Shown here in pieces: positions 24,773-36,281 of a stretch of 64,000 bases of DNA (the stretch's first letter is position 1; every line of letters starts with the position of its first letter). Made by a program: the position numbers and the translations under genes. The stretch lies in contig JADEYG010000007.1 of assembly GCA_016906335.1 (NCBI GenBank), positions 310,001 through 374,000 of the forward strand. Reading direction: 5' to 3'. Below the pieces are notes generated by a model. That model ran no database searches. It saw only the letters and a program-made list of their open reading frames with translations, and was not told the origin of the DNA. Source of the DNA: Novakomyces olei (Eukaryota).

Positions 24773-27412
24773 ATGCTATCGACGTTATCGTCGCGACATG
24801 CTTCATTTGTCGTGTCCACACTCGTTTTACTTTCAGCGGGTACAAACTATGTATACTCGGCGTATGCACCGCAATTGGCAGATCGCTTGCATTTGTCCTC
24901 AACGGCTTCAAACACAATTGGCTTCGCTGGAAATCTTGGTGTTTACCTGTCTGGGCCGCTGATCGGCCGCCTTGTTGACCGGCGTGGTCCACGAGTATCC
25001 CTTTTGCTTGCCTCTCTTCTCCTTTTTATCGGCTACTATGGCGTTTATCACGCGTACGTGACTGCCGCCGTCAGTACACCTTTGCTTGCCCTTCTCATGG
25101 CGCTCACGGGTATCGGAAGGTAATGCCCTTTGTCACTAATTCAAGGCTTACAATATTAGTACTTGCATCTCTTCTGCAGCAGTTAATTCTTGTGCCAAGA
25201 ATTTCCCGAAATCGTCTACTGCAACAGCTATCCCGCTAAGTGCTTTTGGGCTGTCTGCTTTTTTTTATTCGCGCCTCGCCTCGCAATTGTTTCCGGGGAA
25301 CACGTCACATTTTTTGCTTTTACTAGCTTGCTTGACTGCCGCTTCTGCGTTAATTGGTGTCGTATTTATTCGCATTGTACCCGGCCGACGCGATATTGAA
25401 AACGCAGACTATTTTCGTCGCAAGACTTCGGATTTCGAAGAACCAGGTATGATTCCGTATTGGCAAACGGAGTTTCGTGTTTACTGATGCTTTCTTTTTA
25501 TTTACGTTTTACGTGATTTCCGATCTGCCGGGTTTGGCCTCTACACTGAATACCTCTACCCGTCCTATCGTTTTTCATCTAATCTCATTCTCAATTTATT
25601 TTTTTCCGTTTCGCGTCTTCTATTGTCATGCATTTGTTTCACAGCAAATTCGCTATTCGTGTTTGAAATTTGCTTGTTTTATTTCATGCTCGCCTTCTAA
25701 ATAGGCCTGCCCTCGACCTTTTCCTCCTGTCCTGCTCTGACCTTCCTTATTTGCACAGACATTGCAGCCGATGTAGCCAGTGCCTCTACAGATCATGACC
25801 ACGACGAATCCGAGCAGCCTGCTAGTGCACGTAAAGCTTCTGGAGAATCAGCCAAAAGTTTGCCTCCACATCCTGCCGATGCCTCAAATCGCCGGCATTC
25901 AGTTGCGCTCTCGGAATACTCGTCCTCCTCGCCTTTTTTCACTTCTGAGGGTATGGCGTACTATGAGGATCCGGAAGACGAACAGGACGGGGACAGCAAA
26001 GACGACATTGAGCCTGCACAGTCTAGTACGAGGCCTCGCCAACCATCGGAATCTCGATCCGAGTACGGCGCTGTAGAAAGTTTCGTTCCGCATGAGCAGC
26101 AAGTGCGTAAAGGCAAAATCAAGGCACCGGCTACATTGGGGGAAGCATCAAATTCTGCTTCCACTCTGGCGGCAGCAGAAAATGTGCAGGATGTGGAGCA
26201 GGACCGAGACGGGCAGCATGAGATTTCGCTTTTGCATAAAGATAATAATAATGACGAAGCAACTGACGCACATCATCATCATATAGATATATCCGGTCTT
26301 GAGCTCGTAACAAGCCCACGATTCTGGTTCCTTTTTGCAGTGGTCGGTTTGCTGAGCGGAATGGGGCTCATGTTTATCAACAACGCTGGGCACTGTGTAA
26401 GTAAAGAGTATAATTTTATTTATTTATATATATCCCAAAGAATACTGGGTTAAAATTACTGCAAGTATGGTCTTTGCATAAGAGCATACACGCGTGTATA
26501 TCGTCTTGTTTCAAGTCTATCTTGAGCTGTCATATCATCTTGTATTATCTGCTGTTTTAGCGGCTTTCAAATAATTAACCTTATCAGGTACATGCTCTTT
26601 GGATATTTGAGCATGCGAATGAAGACGAGACGAAGGATGCTCGCGGGATTGCGGCAGGCGCCGTAAGCATTTTGTCTATTACGAACGCGGCCGGTCGTAT
26701 ATTCTCTGGAGTTGCCTCGGACTATATGAAACGCCGAATTCATCTTCGGCGAGACTGGTTTCTTCCGCTTTCGGCTACGTAAGGCTGCTTTATTATGTTT
26801 TTATTTATATTATATTTGTATTTGTATTTTTCTACAATTTTTTTTTATTAAACTTCATTTCATCAAATTTTTAACGCATGCAGCATGTTTGTTTTTGCTC
26901 AGGTAGCCGGGTTAAAGACGGCTTCGGCGCCCCGGCTCCAGCTCGTTGCTGGCCTTGATGGATTTGCGTACGGACTTCTTTTTGGAGTTTCTCCTACTCT
27001 AGCAATTGAATGGTTTGGTATGCCGTCTTTTGCACAAAACTGGGGCTCTGTTAGTGTAAGTCCTGCGCTGGGAGCTGTAACATTTAATATGCTTTACGGG
27101 CGTATTTACGATGCACATGTGCCTGCTGGCCGGCACGAGTGTCGCCTTGGCTTGGACTGCTACAAGCCCGCTTTTGCCGTGACTACAGCGAGTAAGTTGA
27201 GACTGAAACCCAATAATAAAAGATTATGTAAATAATAGAAATATAAATGACGCGTGAAAATAATACATGTTTGTATCGTATATACAAAATACACTGCTGC
27301 ATTGAAATGTTTTACTAATTTTAAAGTTGCAGTGTCGCTGGTTATCGTCACTGTCGTGCTGACAAAACGGCATGCAAAGCTTCATCATCACCATCACCAC
27401 CAGTATCGGTGA
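24773..27412 (+). CDS. MCH1: MCH1/nodulin-like MFS transporter
   Basis: Six exons. AGTNYVYSAYAPQL, GRLVDRRGPR, CAKNFP..ATAIPLSAFGLSA, GLMFINN, GRIFSGVASD, EWFG..FAQNWG, CRLGLDCY; TGA at 27410-27412. Confidence 0.85.
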
Positions 27413-28042
27413 AGGCGAGCCAATATAATTTCTGTTTGATGATTCCCGGCCTTAATGACGATCGGCATTTATGCGATTAATGTCTATACCCGTTGTATTG
27501 TGTCGAGTAGATATGCCATCTTTTTCAAACTACTGCTTTACGTACAATCTACAACCCTAATATTCAAACACATAATTTTAAATTTCAACTAACCCTAACT
27601 AAGTAAACAATAGTTTTTAAGGCAAACAGTTTCCCTACTTTTAATCTTTGGCTTTAATTGCATGATTTTGTATAGAATTAATCCTCAAGCCGACATTTTG
27701 TATTATCGTCAATTCGGGGTGTGACGCCGAACAATAAATTGTGATAAAAACGGAGTCATTTGCGCACAAAATAGCTCATACCAGGGCACAATAAAGATTG
27801 AAGACTGTAAAATTGGAACCACTAGAACTGGATCAAACGAAAACTGACAAAAGTAAAAAGAAATAAGTCTATAATAAACGGCATCCCAATAACTGTCGTG
27901 GCACCCAAAGCAGCAGCATCGTTCTCCGTCTAGCGAAAACGAAAAACTTGTGCATTAAAAAGGAAATAAACAACTGACCGGGTAATAAACAGATAAACCA
28001 GCAAGGCCGAAATGGTACACGCACAAACGAAAAAGTCCACCT

Positions 28043-29331
28043 TTACGCTATTTGAGACAGGCCGCGTTTATTAGCAGGCGAGACAGGGCGTTGGGTCAGC
28101 CGGCCATTGGCAGCATTGCTACCTCCCTGCGGAGTAGAAGGCTGAGAGCCTTGCATCTGTCCTGAAGTCAGGGCCGAGTTTTGCGGGAGGGCTGAAGGGT
28201 ACTGGTAATAACTTGGTTGATGATGAGCGTCCATCAAATCGCCCATGCTTATCTTTTGCTTCTTGATAATGGCATCGTCAGCGGAGGGCAGGACAGAGGC
28301 AGCAGCACTAGCACCAGCAGCGTCTGGAGGAGGCGGTGGAGGCAGCATAACCATACCTCTCGAAGGCGGCCTTGGCGAGTAAGGATTGTGTGCAGCAGCA
28401 ACAGTTTCTAGTTCACGCTGCCTCGACAGGACCCGTTCAAGCTCGCCTTCGAGTCGACGTACTCTGTCTCTCCATTCAATCTCACGACGCTCAAAGTCGT
28501 CGACGTAGAGACGAAGCTGCGCCTCAACTTCCCTCCGCACTTCCAGATCCTTTCTGGCTGTTGCCTCGGCAGCTTCCAGCTCAGCAACCCTGGATCGGAA
28601 CAAGTCGTTGACCAACTCGAGCTCGGATACACGTGTCCGCATTACTGAAACTTCAGCGGCCCGATCATCCGGCGGCTGTCGGCGCAAAAAGTCTTGTGAA
28701 ACTTGCAATTCGTGAGCAGGTTGCGTTACAGCACCAGTCTGTTTTTGATAATCTTGTTTTTGATAATCTTGTTTTTGATAATCTTGTTTTTGATAATCTT
28801 GTTTTTGTAACTCTTGGTTTTGGTACTCTTTGTTTTGATATTCCTGCCTTTGTATCTCTTGCTGCTTGTCCTGGTACTGTGAGTATTCCAGCCGGGGCAG
28901 TGTAGGCCTGTCCTGGTCGAGAAAAGTCGAGATTCTGGAGGCAGAGGCTGGAGAAGCCGGAGCTGGTAGAGGCTCAGATAAAACTCGGGCCGATGACGTA
29001 CTAGCGCTTGCCATTGCTGGGGGAGACGCAGCTTCTGCTCCGGCAGTACCAATCCGTGAAACGGGACTCTGACTGCCGTGCTGGCCGTTGTAGACGAACC
29101 CGACTGGAGTGCCGTGTCCGTGAGGGAAAACGTGAGCGTGAGCGTGGCCGTGGCCATGATGATGGTGTCCGTGATTGTGCACAAGGATATGAGCGTGAGT
29201 GTGCAGAGGATGGTGGTGGATATGATGAGCAGGAGCCGTAGAAGGATGACGACTTGGTCCGGCGAGAGAAGAAGCGTCTGCGGACTGACCATCGGAACCT
29301 GCTCGAGCAGGCTGGTCTAGAGTGGAGGGTG

Positions 29332-29377
<46 letters not shown>

Positions 29378-30291
29378 TTGTTGTTGTTGTTGTTGTTGCT
29401 GCTTCCAAGGCAGAGCGGCTTCTTGTCTTGAATTTAAAGCACTCGTATCCTGGTCGGACGGGTGCAAATTATTAGACGACGGAACCGGATCTGCTCGTGC
29501 AAGTTGGGGCCTTGCCGGATCAGAGGCAAGCGTACGTGCTGCTGAAGGTCTGTTTAAAAACCCTGCTCGGAATCCAAACGTCGAAGTAGCAGCTGATGCC
29601 GCGTTGTAGCCCTCAGATTTAATTTCTTTAGGTTTGAGTGAAGGTTCTGCATCCGACGGAGACAGAGAGCGACGACGAGCGTCGCGATCATTGCCGTTAT
29701 GATGAACGTTTATTATATGGTGATGGTGGTGGTGGTGATGGCCTAATCGAGAGGACTGCTGACCTCTGTTTGAGGGGCTTTCCATATCTCCACCGGGACT
29801 GGTTTTGTCAGTACTGCCACTGGCCGCACTGTTGCCCAGGCTCTTTGCCGTTGCCTTGGACTGCCGTCCACTCGACCGTGGACGAGAGATATCGGGCGTA
29901 GACCGTTCTTCCCCACCGTCTCGCTTATTTCCACCCGCCACCAGGGCTCCGTTCGTGGAATCACGTAAAACAGATTGAGAATCGTCCACATCCACGCCAC
30001 GTCTCGGCTTTCTCTGGCCTGCTTCCCCTTCCTGGGCCGAGTCTTCATGCTCGTCGCTGTCCTCCGTGCCCTGCCATGTTAGCGGACGAACTATTAAATA
30101 AAAGGTGTAGAGTTTGCTTGAGCGTGCGATTGTGAAATATGAGAAATAGTGCACGAGAAGTGTCCAAGTATCACACAAACTACCAAAAAGAGTTTGAAAC
30201 TGTTGATAAAAGACTGATACTGTTGATAAAAGGGATTGAAGATGATTTTAAGAATTTTACGAAAAAAAAAAAAAAAACAAAACAAAACAAA

Positions 30292-30322
<31 letters not shown>

Positions 30323-30926
30323 CAAAACAAAACAAAACAAAACAAAACAAAATCCCAAGTTTTGACGAAATTATAAAGTAAAACTGCAATTGAATAGCAA
30401 ATCCTCTTACCCTTCTACTCTTGCTATTATTCATGACAAACCCGGTGTGGTTCTTGACTCGATTCCTGGATTTTATAACGTCCGTCTTCAAAGAAATAGG
30501 CCGAGCTCTACCGTGCAATTTCAAAAACAGCCCACACGCATTACACAGAGTCTGTCCAATCTCGTCGCGGCGCCAAAGAGGCGTCGTCGACGTAGAGCAG
30601 TTCTGGCAGACTGGCGGAGCATCTGCCGACTGGGTATTATGGCTATTATTATTGTTAACAGTGGTACTAGTCTCCTCGCCCTTTGCGTCGGTAAACCCTG
30701 GATCTCTTTCACCCCGAGCATTGTGGTAAGGGGCGGGAGAAACTGCTCCGCGGAACCCGTTTTCCGCCATTGGCCTTCTCGCTGCTACAACCGCAGGAGG
30801 TCGGCCCAGCAGAGGAGCAGCGGCAGAATAAGAAGGTACCGTACCGTTTCCGCTGGCTCCGCCTGCGGGGCTACCATTACTGCTGGCGGCAATTCTGCCA
30901 CCAGCACCCGTCTCCTCAGTCTGCAT
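28043..30926 (-). CDS. areB: GATA zinc-finger factor of the AreB/Asd4/Dal80 type
   Basis: [44 protein letters not shown]; intron 30410-30071; C-terminal zipper [22 protein letters not shown]; polyQ and His-rich tracts. Confidence 0.9.
28741..28807. repeat. 15-bp coding minisatellite (GTTTTTGATAATCTT, about 4.5 copies) encoding QKQDY repeats
   Basis: Seen directly, with degenerate copies continuing to about 28850. Confidence 0.95.
30262..30352. repeat. Poly-A/(AAAAC)n tract in the areB intron
   Basis: Seen directly. Confidence 0.93.
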
Positions 30927-31176
30927 TTACCTCGTATGAGTGTATAGCCAAGCTATACTGCAGCCAAAAACGGTCACGCTCAGTTTTGATCTCTGCAATA
31001 ATGAAAAAAAGGCTTGATCAAAGCAGCAAACAAAAAGGGGTCCTGCCGGAGAGAAAAGGGTGGCTAATTAGTGCGAAAGAAAGAGCGGGTTGGATATTGC
31101 AGTACTGCACCGCTTTTCCGCAGGTTTTTGGGGCGCAAACCTGACTACCGCTGCCGGTTAGCTTTGCTCTGGGGCC

Positions 31177-31265
31177 GATAAGACTTTTTTTTTGGGTGTC
31201 GTACACAAACCGACGATAAGCAGAGTGTATACCGTTATCACGCACAATTGCTGTGGAGTGATAAG
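31177..31265. promoter_or_regulatory. Cluster of four GATAA sites upstream of areB
   Basis: GATAAG at 31177, 31215 and 31260; TTATCA at 31235. Confidence 0.6.
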
Positions 31266-32387
31266 TGTAGATTTTTAAGTAACACTGGATTTTTCATCAC
31301 AGGGGTTATACGGGATGGATGGGCAGCTGTTATATTTGATACGTATTTAATACCTCTTTAATACCTAATTGATACGCACATTTATACGTATTTGATAATC
31401 ATTTTTGGTTATATTATAATGGATAATATACGTGTCGAATACGTAATCGTAATCATACTCGTACCTCCCTCCATACGTGAGGATGAGTTTAATATACACG
31501 CAAGCCTTTATAAAATATAATAGCCGCTCAATGCATATAAATTGGGCACACATGTAGGCCACTACGCCATAAGCCGTATGCGGACTCGCATTCTCAATCG
31601 CGAACGCACACACATTACATTGCTCACTCCGCAGAATGGTCGCTTTGCCAAGTTTAGCTTTATATAGAGATTCGATGATACAATTACTCCTCTATTCTTA
31701 TCCTTTAGTACCCATATTTCTTACAACGTGGAGAAATATAGCCGCCAACCCTAACTTTTAGTAGCCAACCCTAATGGGCGAATATACGGCCGTGAGAAGG
31801 TCTGGCGCACTATCGCGATGCCTCCAAGGTATATTATTTATTCAATTTCTTTACGCAAACAACCTGTCTGCATCGCCCGTATTACCGTTTACCTGTGCAT
31901 TTAGAGATAAACTAGGCTTTAGGTAAAAGATCGGTCGGTTGTCGTTCCATTGTCGATCTACGCAATTGATAAGCGTTGCACAATATCAACAAGACATTCT
32001 CCACAGTATCCACATTATCCTTCTACAGAGCGATAGATATAAACTAGTTGCCATACAAGCATTGAACAACTAATGTCTAAAGGCGCAAGAGACATTATCT
32101 TCACGACACACTACCGAAATCGGTCTCCAACCACGTGTTTTTGTTCCAGTCGCCTTGTACTTTTACTTTTCCCGCGATTTCGACTGCACTATGGCAGTAT
32201 TCCAATTATGCAATTATCTACAATTATATCCAATTATCTACAATTATATCCAATTATATTCAATATACAATTGTATACAAATATCATTCAATACGTCCTA
32301 ACGCTAACATTGTAATATACTGGATATACGGCGCGATAAATCATTGGCCAGGCACAGAATGAACGGGTGTCGTCCCGCTTCATTGTA

Positions 32388-34739
32388 ATGGCGCATAGCC
32401 GCGAACCGTCGGGCGCGAGTGTTTTAGCCGCTGAAGAAGCCAATGACGCGAATGAGCAGACACCGTTACTTCCCAATGCTGTTCTGACCGGATCGGGTGC
32501 TCAGGACGCGGCAACACACCATACAGGAGCCGTACCAACCACGTATAAAAGCAGCCGTAATCGTGCAAATTCTGTGATTGATATCAGATCAATTAATGCG
32601 CGCTTTGAACGCTGGATTGAAGAAATAACACGTCGTATACGCACCCATCACGTACGCCCCCAAAACTGCATAATCATTGAGCATTAGCCTCAATATCTGT
32701 TGCCTCTTGTAATCAGATCGAATTAACATGTACAGGACTATGACGCACCGATATATTACTCTGTCTTTATCGCTCCAGTAGGGTGCGTTCCGAGTTTGGG
32801 CGACTCGAGGACTGAGGTCCTTGATCGCGACGCTGGCGTCGTCAGTCATACCGAGTACCATGAACGCGTCCGTGCTGCTCGTACTGCAATTGCCCGTGGG
32901 ATTCAGCCAAGGCTTATACGCCAGGGCTCTTCTGGTAGCTACTTTCTCCTCGATACTCAGGCCAATATTGTGGGCATTTTCAAACCAAAAAATGAGGAGC
33001 CTTATGGCAAATTGAACCCAAAATGGACAAAATGGTTACATCGTAATCTTTTCCCTTGCTTCTTTGGCCGCTCTTGCCTTATTCCCAATTTGTCTTATAT
33101 TTCAGAGGCGGCTGCTTGCCTTTTAGACCGTCGTCTGCAAACTTACCTTGTACCCGCGACCGAGTGTGTATACTTTTCCTCACCCGCTTTTAATTACGCG
33201 TATTTTGATAGACGCGCTTTCCGCAAACGTGGTCAACCATTGCCAGACAAATTGGGCAGTTTCCAATTGTTTTTGCGTGGATACAGTGATGCTGCCGTCT
33301 TTCTCCGTGAAAACCCTTGGCCTGTCCCAGGATTTTCTGCTGCGGCAGCTGCCTTTATTCACCCGCACTCTGAAGGGACTGCCTCGCCAGTTGATGCCTC
33401 AGAGGCCTCTTCAGAAACGCACACAGAGGATCAAGCGCGGGGCTCAAGGTGGTACCCTTTTACACGCTCTTCGTCTGTTCCTTTGACTGCTACTGGTGAC
33501 AATGCTGATGATATTACGACAGCGCAACAAGACCAAGCACCTTCACAACGGCTACGGCCTCGAACACCTCGACGGCGGCAGCGGTTTCGTTGGACGCCGT
33601 CACTGCAACAGGAATTCCGGCAGCAATTAGAACGGCTTGTTGTGCTTGATTACATTATGCGAAACACGGATCGTGGACCGGATAACTGGATGGTTCGTGT
33701 TGAATATAGCGAAGATGGGGACCCTGTGCATATTCATGTTGGAGCAATTGACAATTCACTTGCCTTTCCCTGGAAACACCCTGACGAGTGGCGGTCATTC
33801 CCTTTTGGCTGGCTGTTCCTACCCGTTTCCCTGATTGGCCAGCCCTTTTCTCGGGCGACTCGAGAGCATTTCTTGCCCCTGTTAACAAGCACCGAATGGT
33901 GGCAGCAAACAGTGTCGGATTTAAGGAATCTTTTTGCTATTGATGCCGATTTTAAGGAGAGCATGTTTCGTCGTCAGATGGCAGTGCTCAAGGGTCAAGC
34001 GTGGAACGTGGTTGAGGCGCTTAAAGACCCAAGGCAGAGCCCGCTAGAGCTCTGCCTCCGGCCCCGTGTTGCTGTTATCGATGATCCTGTAAGGATCCCA
34101 GTAATTTCCGAAGCTACTCTGGCAAGGAGGAATACGGGAGGCCAACAGCCTGAGCCTTCTTTGCCTTCTTCTTGGCAAGAGCAGAATCAGCCGGAAGGCA
34201 GTCGGACTGGATTCAATTCAGAGCCCAGGATCCGCGGCAAAACCAAGCCTGATCATAATGCGTCGAATGGGTTTGCCCAATCTAGAGTGTCCAAGCACTC
34301 TCGACTCTCGTCGCTCGATGAAGTGGGCAGTAATGGCCAGGACTTGGGTGGCCAGCAGAGCCGGCCATCCCTTTCCCTGAGCCGCTCGAAATCCAGTGCT
34401 GGCGGTGATAACGGCGATAGTGAGGGACTACGGACGAGTGCACTACCAACACTGGCGTCACTGGCCAAACAGGGGACTGCAAAGGGCTCTGAAAATACGG
34501 AACACAATTCTGCTTACAAGCCCCAGGCGGCAATGGTACCTCGTGGAAAGCCGAGGCGGATGCGCGGGTACTCGCTTCCTAATGCCGACGATGGGTTTGC
34601 CGGCCAGCTTTTTGCGTCTGCAGGGTCTGCCTTACAGCAAGTTAGTCCCGCAATGTACAATATGCCAGACGCTTATGAGACTGTAATTGCGGAAAGACTG
34701 GTACCAGTCAAGGCCAATCCTTTATTCACCTGGTGCTGA
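32388..34739 (+). CDS. LSB6: Type II phosphatidylinositol 4-kinase
   Basis: Intron 32652-32735. QGSSGSYF, FKPKNEEPYGKLNPKWTKW, CFFGRSCLIPN, LDYIMRNTDRG, AIDNSLAFP, C-terminal PLFTWC. Confidence 0.95.
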
Positions 34740-35068
34740 ATCATCTCGAGTATACTTGCAACTGGACCGCATTTTGTATTTTCAAAGGAGGCATTTTTGT
34801 TTTATTACTCCCGATGTGTACAGTATTTGATTTAGATTCTAAATTGAGCTGCCATGCGATGGCCATAATGTCTCGGCACACAAAGGCACAAGCGGTGCAT
34901 GCAGAGAGTAAGATACCCTTGACCGCTGTGAACGGTATTATTGTTTTCATTATATGCAATAATGGGAGGGAAAGACAACGTAAAATTTCTAGATATGTAC
35001 AGTAATTAATTGACGTTTATGCTTTCACGTGAAAACAAAAACTCTTCTTTTCTTTTCATAGTCGCCCA

Positions 35069-35532
35069 TTATAGCTCATTGATAGCAACTTGCATATCAT
35101 CGCGCAACCGCTGCTGAATTAACCGCTCATTCATAAGATCATTTTCCACTGCAGCAAGTTGCGTTTGTATTTCTGTTAATTGTGCAATTTGATCATGCTC
35201 GTTACGCTCAATACCAGGCAGCGCGTCTACCAGCGTCTCAATTTGGACTGCTTTTGTCACAATATCGTTAGCTAGTTCCTCCTGTACTCGCGCAAACTTT
35301 TCTGGGTCATCTGGAACGACTGTGATTGTTAGCGATTGTAGAGATTGATCATGTACTTACAATTAGCATCGCTCGATTTTTCCTGTCCCGGAAGCGGCAC
35401 GAAATCATGGTGAGTGTTGATGTAATGAATAGATGAGAAAAATTGCGTTGTTAACTGTGGAGTAAGAGAGATTGTTTCGCTTTTTTGTCGTACCTGGTCC
35501 AATGCATTTCGCAGCTGGCTAATTCGGTCCAT
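35069..35532 (-). CDS. SRB7: Mediator subunit Med21
   Basis: Three exons: MDRISQLRNALDQ|LTTQFFSSIHYI..ELANDIVTKAVQIETLVDALPGI. Confidence 0.92.
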
Positions 35533-36281
35533 TGTGCATGCCGTAAATTAAAAACATACAGCGACTAATACTAACATTTTTTATGTATGTATGAACTGGC
35601 TCTTGATTACGATGATGCATGTGTATAAGCATGAGTTCATGAGTGGTTATTACACAATCACATTGGGGGCTATCGAAGACCTGTGGGGATCGAGAAAACG
35701 CTTCTAGTCGCCTCCAAACATAGCCTTTGCCTATAGAATCACGGCATTTGCTTCAAACCCCCATATTAATTCTGCCTATTCTTATATAAACTCTAACCCT
35801 GATAGGATTGCGCACTGTAATTATTCTATGGGCGCATACAAAAGAAGTAAAGGCTGAGCGTATATGCTCCAGTTGCTCCAGTTGCTCAATACTCTAGAGT
35901 AAGGGACAGACTGCCTTGCCCTTCCAAGGTATCGTGTGTCGCAAGGCTTATTGGCTTTTCAAGTTTTGGGCAGTAGCATCAGCGTTTATTTCTCTTTTTG
36001 ACGTGCTAAATAATAATATTTAGTCGCCTGACTCAAATAAAGTTTATCTTTCAACAAACTAACGAGACTCGTTGAATTAGATAGGCCTAAACATTTTAAA
36101 AAGTACACGGGAGAGGAGCTCAGCATTAAACTTTTCAAATCTCGTATACTAACGTCCGAAAGTGAAGTGCCTTCGATCAAAGGCGGCGGTGTGCGACATG
36201 TCGGTCAGGGATTAAAGATATGCTGCTGGCTTTTTTTGTAGCAATTATGACAAATACACAGCCTTTTTAAGTTAATATACT

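Noticed and set aside
29001..29609. Poly-Cys/Ala/Thr/Val ORFs
   Set aside because: These are alternate frames of the areB polyQ codons.
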